A stretch of DNA of 64,000 nt, from positions 86,614,001 through 86,678,000 of the forward strand of contig OX597820.1 in assembly GCA_951406725.2 (NCBI GenBank), given 5' to 3'. The position numbers and the translations under genes were made by a program. The notes beneath the pieces were generated by a model. That model was not told the origin of the DNA. It was given only the letters and a program-made list of their open reading frames with translations, and did no database searches. The stretch comes from Octopus vulgaris (Eukaryota). Below are positions 54,475 through 64,000 of the stretch, piece after piece (within the stretch, counting starts at the first letter, position 1; every line of letters begins with the position of its first letter).

Positions 54475-54983
54475 GCGTTCGCACACACGCACACACACAT
54501 ACACACACACACACGCACAAGTAAACACAGGTGCATACATAACAGAAGAAAATAGCATTCAAATACTAAACTGTGAGAGCATAAAATAGTTTGTAAATAC
54601 TTGTTCAGCGAATAAGCATTTAAATTTACTTGAGTATAAGTACTGCTTATTTGATGGAACCGAGGTATTTTTCATTGAAAAATTCAGCGAGTATACTTCT
54701 ATTTTTCGACTATTTATTTTCCCCGGAAGCGGAGGTGTTCGAGTGCTATTTTTCCAAACTTGTTTTGCACCTGTATGCTTATATGTTTGTATAGCGCTCC
54801 TTTTGTAAGTTCAAGCGTCTTAAATTAATAATAATAATAAAGATAATGATAATAATAATCTATATATAAATTTGTTCCCACACTGGAATATCGGCGAGGT
54901 TACCTGCTTCATCTTCGCCCCCCTCTCCCTCCCTCTCCCTCTTCTGACACTCTGTCTTCAGTGCTGCTGTATACATTCACGAC

Positions 54984-55369
54984 AGTGGAGGCGCAATGGC
55001 CCAGTGGTTAGGGCAGCGGATTGCGGTCATAGGATCGCGGTTTCGATTCCCAGACCGGGCGTTGTGAGTGTTTATTGAGCGAAAACACCTAAAGCTCCAC
55101 GAGGCACCGGCAGGGGATGGTGGTGATCCCTGCTGTACTCTTTCCCCACAACTTTCTCTCACTCTTACTTCCTGTTTCTGTGGTACCTGTATTTCAAAGG
55201 GCCGGCCTTGTCACTCTCTGTGTCACGCTGAATATCCCCGAGAACTACGTTAAGGGTACACGTGTCTGTGGAGTGCTCAGCCACTTGCACGTTAATTTCA
55301 CGAGCAGGCTGTTCCGTTGATCAGATCAACCGGAACCCTCGTCGTCGTAACCGACGGAGTGCTTCCATA
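54984..55369 (+). mobile_element. Full-length tRNA-derived SINE with 14-bp TSD
   Basis: A-box TGGCCCAGTGG and B-box GTTTCGATTCCC. TATACATTCACGAC occurs at 54970-54983 and 55370-55383. Confidence 0.93.
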
Positions 55370-55849
55370 TATACATTCACGACGATAAGGTGGCTATTTA
55401 ACGGCTCCCCAAAAATGTATAAGCCTTTTCTACTACTTCAAACTATGAAATATCACTGTCTGTGATTCAAAGACTTGAGATGTTTTTAGAGAACTGTCTA
55501 TATTTTTGCTAAAACTTTGAGACGTTTATAGATTTTTATATCTCAACTACGATGTGATGTTCCATAGACAGATTCCTTTATCGCAAATATGATGTCATGT
55601 TTTACAGATAGGTTACTATAGTTTTGCTAAAACTTTGAGATGTTATTCATAGATTCCTATATATTAGCTATGCTATGCTCCTCTCAAAAATCTCATCCCG
55701 CCCGCCCCCGATTCACCACCAGGCCTGTCAACTACCAGTCCAATCAAACAGCCTGTATTAGTAGACACAACTCCGCTCTCCTATCTAGCGCTGCAGCCTC
55801 ATCAATAGCTAAACCACAGCACGGCCAGAATAATCAGGAAAGTATTAGA

Positions 55850-57517
55850 TAGCTGAAAATAATGGATAGCATGGTACCGTGGGCTGCAGGTAGTAAGCCC
55901 GCTATGCATGCAAGACTTCGGGAGTTCCAACAAAGCCATCTCCATTAGTAGATGAATATTCCAAAGTAATTCGCTCTCTCTACTTTTATGTATGGCATTC
56001 TCACCTAAACGTAACTGAATATGGGTACAACTGCTAAAACAATTGTAAAACAATGAACCATCTCTTCTGCATTGATGATCTCAAGCTGTATGCAGCAAGT
56101 AATAAACAACTGGAAGCTTTATTACTGGCAGCACAAGGATTTACCAAATAAATAAACATGAAATTCGGCTAAGAAAAATGTGCTAAAGTAACCTTGAAAG
56201 GAAGAAAACTAGTTTAAAATAATAATATCACACTACGTAAAGAAAATGAAATAGGAAAACTAGACCAAACGCAGACATATAAATACTGGGGAATCAAAGA
56301 ACTAGATACGATACAATATACACAAATAAAAGAGAAAATAAAGAAGGAATATTATGGACCAGTTAGAAAGTAGGTATCAATTCTCTAGCTGTCTTAGTTA
56401 TAAGTTACAGTTGCTATGTTCTTAATTGGACACTTAATGAACTAGCCAATCTGGACAGAAAAACAAGAAAAATAATGACGGAATTTAGAAATTACCACCC
56501 AAAACCTGACGATTTATACACAACGAATTAAGGTGGAAGAAGCCTTATACAACTGGAAAACTACTATAAAATATCAACTGTATGACTAAAAAAGTAACTA
56601 ACTCAGAACCAAGGGAAAGTAGTACAAATAGCCACAAAACATGAGCAAAAAAAACTATATTCAGTCTTCAAAGAAGCCGAAAAATAAAAGAAAGAGGTCT
56701 TAATAAGCGACAACTATGAAGAGAAAGAATAAACAGCAAAAGCTATAATGATACTAAAATCTGAGCTAAAACTGGGACTACAAAAATCCATGATAAAACG
56801 ATAGCAAGAAAAGTCCTTACATGGCAGATATTGGAATAAGTTAAACCAGAAAAGAAATAGAAAATAGACAAAAATCCCAAAAGTGATTGAGAAGCTCATA
56901 ACTCAAAGCAGAGACTGAAGTATTTTTAAATGCAGCCCAAGATCAAAACCTTACCACCAAAAAACACCAAAAGCACATAATGAAGAAAATACAATAACTG
57001 AAAGACTTATTACAGGTATTACAAGAAATATACAAATGCATAATATGGTGACATGGAAGAAACAATAAATCATATCGTCTCTGGCTGCCCAGTCCTAGCT
57101 AAAAAAGAGCATATCCACAGAGATGACAGAGTTGGGACACTAGAAACTGGGCCACCACAATAGAATGACAGACAACTGAAAAATAGTATAATCATATCCC
57201 AGAAAAGGTCTCAGAGTATGACAAAGCGATTATACTCTGGGATAAGTCGATTCACACTAATAGATAGATCAGGGCTAATAGGTCCGATAATGTCATGAGG
57301 GACTAGCAAGAGAAACAAATGCCTTATACTCGACATATTAATCCCAACAGATGATAATGTATCTCCTAACGATTCTGAAAAAATCTCGAAATACAAACTG
57401 AGATAACCTTAATGTGGAGCCTAAAAGCAGAAGTAATCCATATAATATGAGATGCGTTAGGTATGGTTAAAAACATACAGACAAACACACAAATAAAATA
57501 CCAGGACTTACAAATAT
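55850..57517 (+). mobile_element. Decayed Dong/R4-like LINE (RT, knuckle, REL endonuclease)
   Basis: NHLFCIDDLKLY, KFG*EKCA, YKYWGI, HPKPD, AAQDQNL, INHIVSGCPVLAKKE, ANRSD. The 3' part matches 21906-22000. Confidence 0.88.
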
Positions 57518-57518
57518 A

Positions 57519-57902
57519 TTAGGTTGTCCGGAAAGTACGTGCCGATTTATAGTAGCTTACCTTTCGACTCATTTTAGAACATCGTTGAGTCCATAAAATA
57601 GGATTTCACTACTCCTCCATTTACAGTACAGTTTAAGCTATCTTTCCGTGGAAGAAGGTTTATGTTCCTATAACCTGTGTTAATTCTGTAACCCTTTAAA
57701 ATGGAAGATAAGAAAGTTCATTTTCGGCACTTGATGCTTTGGGAACCAGACAAAATTGCTGCAGCTTGGCTGGGATGTGTTACTCCACCTTCCATTTTCA
57801 CCAGATATTGCTCCTTCGGATTTCCACTTATTCAGGTCTCTGCAGAATAGTCTTAATGGTAAAAATTTCAGTTCTTTGGATGACGTAAAAAGATACCTTG
57901 AA
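57519..57902 (+). mobile_element. Internally deleted mariner (left TIR, fused N- and C-terminal transposase)
   Basis: TA|TTAGGTTGTCCGGAAAG TIR. MEDKKVHFRHLMLWE is joined to LGWDVLLHLPFSPDIAPSDFHLFRSLQN. Confidence 0.88.
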
Positions 57903-59509
57903 CACAGGTACGACGTTTTCATTTATTTGGAAACACGCTTCAGTTTTCGTACACAAACCTAATTTATCCAACAGCGCTTCAAGGAACAAGTTTTTTAATT
58001 TTTTCTTCAATTCAGCTGATGAGTTATATTTTCTGATGAGACAGCCAATTATTTTTCATAGTACATTTCGCCTCCGAAGTGTAGTTTTTCACTTGTCACG
58101 CATCGTGCAATTTTCTATGCTTTTCTTAACGTAGGTTTCCCAATTATTTTCCACGTGTCGGCATCAATAATCGAAATGTTGCTACCACTATCTAGTTGTA
58201 ATTTAATATTCACTTGGTTTACTTTTACATATATAAATTTCCTTTTTTTTTTTATTTTGTGTCGTTTCTGCCTTCCGTTGAGAAAACTTTAGAATTTTTT
58301 TATGCCCGACCTTCCTAAAGTTGCTCTGCAATGTGAGCTCTTGTGCCCTATTTTTTTTTTTTTTTAGCAACTGTAACTTTTTCGGGTTTTAAAAGGACAC
58401 CCCTTCTTGAAATATAGACCCCCACATCCGTAGCATGGGTTGGTCCTAACATTTTTTCTACTCCTTCCCGGTCGACATGCCTGTACTTGTGAGAAATCCT
58501 TCTCTTCAATCTTTTTTAACGTCCTGTCGCAAGTATGTATACCATTAATTGAAACTCATCTGCAACTCTCTGCAGAGTTAAATTCTGGTCCGCTTGCTCA
58601 AGTTTTGTAAGAATTCTTGTACGTCTCTCAACATCTTTGTTTGCCGTCAGCCTGTGTACAAAAATGAGGCACTTAAACATATCAGGAGTTAGTTTCTTCA
58701 GTTTAAACCTTTCGCAAATTCTGTTTACGGTCCCGGTATACGTAACAAAGTCTTCATCTTCTTTTTTAACTAGATTCCAACACCTCCATCGAGTGCTAAA
58801 TTAGGAACTCTTTTCACTGAATATTTTATTAGTAATTCGGTTGTTTTGGGGGTAGTATAAAATTACAATATTTTTCCTGTTCTGACGGAGCTAATTTACA
58901 TAATAATTGTCTTACTTTTTCCTCGTCCGTCCACAACTTGCAATCTTCCTTGAAGATTTCTTTGTACCTTCTGAAGTATGCCGTAAACGTTAAAACTTCC
59001 TTTGAGTTATAATTGAATTCCATTATAGAGTTCGATACGCCGTCTGGTGAAAACGAACTTACAGTGTTTTCGGACTTTTAAAAACATAGCTCCATTAACT
59101 GTTGTTGTTTTTCTTGTTGCTCTAGTAGTTGTCTCTGAAACTCCTTTTGCTGTTTTTGCAACTGAATTATAGAAGCTAATAAGTCTTCCATAATTAACAA
59201 CTTTCTCTCAGAAAAATTTGTTAACTGACCTGCATGGGCTTCGAATCGTCGTAGCTAATATTGCTGCATCGCCAATTGTTATGACGATATACTTTTACAC
59301 TATAAAATATATAACGACGTAACAATCCAACAAACTCTCCACGAACTATACACGAACCAACTAACGATATTCCGACAAATAACAAAACGACACCTTACAA
59401 CTTCCTGTGCTTAACGGCTACTCTTTCTCTATCTCACCCGGTCCGCTATTGTTTATAGTTGATCGGTCAGTTCATTCTCGCAGGGGGTGTCGTGACTCTC
59501 CCCACAACA
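57903..59509 (-). mobile_element. Gypsy LTR retrotransposon 5' part: LTR, PBS, gag with zinc knuckles, protease
   Basis: LTR 59277-59509 (TGTT..AACA), PBS TGGCGATGCAG, ATG at 59191, CYGCG..GHKSSHC knuckles and LQLDSGS protease motif. Confidence 0.9.
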
Positions 59510-59599
59510 ATGATAATAATCTTTTCATTATTGGCCACAAGGGTCGAACACAAAATGGTGGGGAGTTCCACTCAGGGCAACTCAAGAACCCCACACATT

Positions 59600-60500
59600 C
59601 TGGTCACCCCGACCGCTAACAGTGCCCCAGGCACACACCTCTCTCCTCCTCATCCTATCCGGTGTATGTTCAGAGTAGGCCCATTTACACGGCTCATCTG
59701 CATCACATTCACCCACCTTTCAACGAAAATACTGAGGGGAAGCACTCCTCTCTCTACACTCACTTTCCTTTTCAAATGGACCTTGAAAAAGTTGATGAGA
59801 TTCTTGGCCGAAGAGTTGAATATCTGTCATCAGTCCTTTCAACCTCATCCACCACACCACTTCTCTCGCCGTAACCACCAGACAAAGAAAAACTGCCTTT
59901 CCTTCTCGACCAAAAGAAAGCTCCAGTGCGATCCTCACTATGGACTTGGCTGATAACCGGATCCCTCCTGCACGCTTTAACAGCTGTTCGACAAAGCTCT
60001 ACAAGTTCGCAATACCTGGACACTGGACGGGTGCTTACAGAACAGTTTCATCACCTTGCGTACACCTCTGACAGGTCTGGCTGATAGTACTTTTGTGCCT
60101 GTAGAGCTTCTCTCGAACAGGAAGCGCTCCCCTGTAAGCAAGGGAATTCCCGAAATTATACATTGGTCCCGGCCTGAAAGTCCTCCAGAAAAGACCACCA
60201 AATTTATTCCCCACGACGACCAGAGTTTTCCCGAGTATGTTGTCGCTTTTGCGCGTCACTAATCCCCTATAGAACGCCAATTTGGAACTTCCACTGAACA
60301 CATTGCTCGACTTGCAGGTGGCCATGAGTGCTTACTAACACTCCAGGCGCAAAACTGCTTTTCTCTGTCTTCGTTTAATCCAAGACATTAGCTCCGTCAA
60401 TAAGCCAAGCTTCTGAAACTCCTATCTGACAAACGACGACCACGACCACAATTGCTCACCGTTAAGAAAATGCTCGAGTTGTTGCAGTAGCATTAGCCAT
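59600..60500 (-). mobile_element. Tx1/L1-like LINE ORF2 C-terminus
   Basis: SLAYRGALPVREKLYRH..TCQRCTQGDETVL..VQC (zf-RVT-like region + CCHC). Confidence 0.75.
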
Positions 60501-60539
60501 GGTATGACCAGTAACAACTTCCTTCAAGTGAAGTAGAAT

Positions 60540-61290
60540 CGTCGTAAAAATTGATATGGGATCAGTGTAGAGGTGCTACCCCACATTACATCCGATACGA
60601 TCCACAAGATTTCAGACCCCATTCGCCTTCCGAGAGAGGCGGAGCTGCATGTTACGGTTAAGAGTAGAAAGCTATAGTGTTATCTGCGTGGGGAGACAGG
60701 CCACTTGAGAGCTTTCTGCCCCCAACACACTAAAATCTAACATAAATTTACCATCTGTGGAATTCCTGAGATCTTTATCCTCAATGTCCTACTTCCAAAA
60801 TACGATGGATGGAACAGATATTTTGCGCTCCGACAGGGAACCGCATTCAAATGTCCGTCAGCTGCTCAAAATATGATAGGATGTTGGGCATTATCACGCT
60901 CAGTGCACCTTCCACATTTGCTTGACTAACCGTCTCCAGCCGCTTTGTGTTTATGGAAACACGTTTACAAATTGCGGGGTTTTTTTGTGCTTTTCTGCCA
61001 ACAACTCGGTGGTAGGGTGCATGGCAATGTCTGCTCGCGCTTTTTCCCGCCTTATCAGTTTGGCCACTTGGGTCATACATAAATCTTTCTGTAGGATATC
61101 AATCCTGTATAGCTCTGTCTCTTTCGCTTCTGTTGCTGCAAATGTATTGTTAATGTTGTTGAGGATCTTTTTTGATGTCATTAATTATGACGCTTATTGT
61201 TATCTTTTATGATTTGGTCTGAACGAAGGGGCTGTGACCATAGCCTTAGCAGTTCTAAAGAGACTGAGTCTCCTCTAACGAGTGCAAGTT
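60540..61290. mobile_element. Probable Tx1-like ORF1/5' region, partly inverted
   Basis: Plus-strand knuckle CYLRGETGHLRAFCP at ~60678-60722. Minus-strand ORF 60951-61181 is of unknown but ORF1-like character. Confidence 0.4.
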
Positions 61291-62068
61291 GATAACTAAA
61301 GGGAAAATACGAGGAAGGGTAATTCCATTGGTCTTTTCATTTACCTTTATCTTTCTTGATTTAATCTTTACACATCAAACATACATCAAACTCACAAATA
61401 TATATACACGCGCAATTTTACTTAAACAAACTCACAAACAACTTTCTTTTTTTTTTCGGCTTTTTTATTGCCTGGACTATTGAGACTATTGCAATAGGAA
61501 CAATTCTCTGAGAAGCTCAGGTGAAGCTAACACTGGTGTTTTGCTCTGACGTATGGAATGGCTCTGACACTTCGCACACGATTATAATCTATTAAAAGTA
61601 CTCTACATCCTCGTAAAGAATTCTGTAAATTATTGCTTCAGAGTAAATATGTATCCTAACACGACAACATAACTATGGTATCTGCCATGTACCAGGCAGT
61701 CATTTTACCATAATACCAAACAATTTCTGCTAAATAAATTTGTAAAAATATCACCTAAAAACGTTTTATTGGTATAAGTTATCAGAACTACCAACTCCCT
61801 ATCACATGAGGGTTATAGTTTATTTCGTAGCTACTCGGCTACAAACAGACAACCCCATTAACTCAGTACAGTATCACATTGCAATTTGATGTTTATGATT
61901 AGAGCAAACACAAAGAACCTGAAAACCAATTAGCTATAAAGCCCACGCTTAAGATAAGGTTATAAATATAAATTTATATAAAGTATATTTACGAGGAGAG
62001 TCTGGCTTAACCCCCGTAGTAAAACTTATCTCTTTATTTTGCTGCCACTGTCCAGCAGTGCTTATAAG

Positions 62069-62133
<65 letters not shown>

Positions 62134-62334
62134 GCATGTATCTGCGTGTATATATATATGCATGTATATATATATATATATATATATACATGCATGTATC
62201 TGTGTGTATATATATATGAATGTATATATATATATATATACGAATATATATATATATGTGTATGTATATGTATATATATATATATATGTATGCATGTATG
62301 TGTATATATATATAAATATATATATATATTTATA

Positions 62335-62370
<36 letters not shown>

Positions 62371-62457
62371 TGTATGTGTGTATGTATGTATGTATGTATG
62401 TATGTATGTATGTATCTATGTATGTGTGTATAAGATATGATTTATGCTTAAAATATT

Positions 62458-62674
62458 GATTTCAAATTTTGGTACAAGGCCACCAATTTCGAGATAGGGG
62501 GTGAGTTGATTACGTCGACCCCAGTGCTCATCTCCTACTTACTTATTTTATCGACCCTGAAAGGATGAACGGCAAAGTCAACCTCGGCGGAAATTGAACT
62601 CAGAACGTTAAGTCGAACGAAATACCACTAAGCATTTTGCCCAGCATCGTAACGATTCTGGCAGTTCGCTGCCT
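62458..62674 (-). mobile_element. Full-length Nin-domain SINE
   Basis: Tail, core and head are colinear with other copies. Confidence 0.88.
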
Positions 62675-62774
62675 TTTATTTTTTTTTTCATGCTTCAAAT
62701 ATTAACAGCTCAGTTTATAGGTAATTGACATTTGTCATTGAATGGTTGATTGGCAGGTAAATGGATAGATGGAT

Positions 62775-62886
<112 letters not shown>

Positions 62887-63358
62887 GTGAAAGACGTTAT
62901 TTATGTAGCCGTTGCATTTCTTATTTCCATACCAAAAAAAAAATGCATTGACTACTGTCATAAAAGAGTTAACATGTGATCTACCGATTTACAGAAAATA
63001 TAGTGTTATAAATCATGTTCTTTTAATAGAAGAGAATCTAGGAATGTCTAAAAGAAAATAATAAATAATAAAATGTCTAAACTAAATTCCTATCAACTTG
63101 AAGTTTCCTGAAACTTCAAGAAAAAAAAATCGAAACCATCAAATGTTCTTGATTTAGCAATTCAAATTTTTACAGATTTTATAGATTCTGTTCTGGTTGT
63201 CGGCTTTCTTCTTTATTTTATATATTATTTATTTTTCGTGATGGTGGCGATGGAGATGAGTTATTAGGTAAGAAATGCAAATTATATTCTATGGCGCATA
63301 AACTATATGCATCTATACAGTCAGATATAAATACATATGAATACAAGCACACATACTC

Positions 63359-63453
<95 letters not shown>

Positions 63454-63561
63454 TATGTATATTTACGTACACACACACATATATGCATAAGTATATATTC
63501 ATGCATATATTTAAACACACGCATACATATATATACATACATACAAACACACACACATATA

Positions 63562-63609
<48 letters not shown>

Positions 63610-63779
63610 TATGTGTGTGTATATATACATGTGTGTGTATACTTCTATTATATGTATATACATGTATGTATGTATATATGCTTGTATTTATGTATTTACG
63701 TACATAAGCACAGCGTATTACTGTGATGGCTCCATACATTTGTAGAATCTATTGACTCCATCATAATATTTGCGGCTAT

Positions 63780-63970
63780 GAAAGGCACAAAGACAGAAAT
63801 TTGGTCGGTCCGTCGGAACTAGTCGATACCATCGACATCAATGCTTTATTCAGAATTTATTTTATCGAGCCCGAAAAAATGAAAGCCAAAACTGGGTTCG
63901 GCGAGGCTTGAGCAAATACCGCGAAGCAAGAAAAAATACTGAGGCATTTTTCAGACACTCGTAATTCTAT
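63780..63970 (-). mobile_element. Old Nin-domain SINE
   Basis: Decayed GGCACAA..TAGTCGAT..TTATCGAGCCCGAAA..GAAAG motifs. Confidence 0.6.
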
Positions 63971-64000
63971 GAGTTCATAACCCTACCTGAGCTTTGTTTC

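Noticed and set aside
54985-55056. tRNA gene-like sequence (also at ~32080-32152 and other SINE heads)
   Set aside because: A and B boxes are present, but each is fused to a SINE body, often inside a TSD, and the cloverleaf is imperfect.

Overview
Eukaryotic, AT-rich, microsatellite-saturated non-coding DNA (intergenic or large intron). The SINE families (tRNA-headed CORE-type, Nin-domain-type and tRNA-Arg-type) and the repeat landscape point to an octopus/coleoid cephalopod genome, which is an inference. I find no intact host protein-coding gene, rRNA, tRNA gene or CRISPR array. Almost all long ORFs in the track are translations of (TA)n, (CA)n, (TATG)n or (GATA)n repeats. The recognisable content is transposon debris: Penelope-like elements (PLEs), R4/Dong-like, RTE and Tx1/L1-like LINEs, Gypsy LTR remnants, Tc1/mariner, Tigger, hAT-type MITEs, a Helitron-like piece and many SINEs. 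The best observations are: (1) a type I hammerhead ribozyme with an intact catalytic core on the minus strand at 22805-22890, at the end of a decayed PLE; (2) a ~4.1 kb 5'-truncated PLE whose ~3 kb 3' region is almost entirely degenerate CA-microsatellite and ends in a variant hammerhead motif; (3) several near-perfect fold-back palindromes next to PLE ends; (4) retroelement families that each sit in a different microsatellite (TA, TACA, TAA); (5) a candidate plus-strand promoter/first exon at ~28.0-28.9 kb and a possible recursive splice site at 34404/34405. Boundaries of decayed elements are approximate, and all family assignments come from motif recognition by eye, without database searches.
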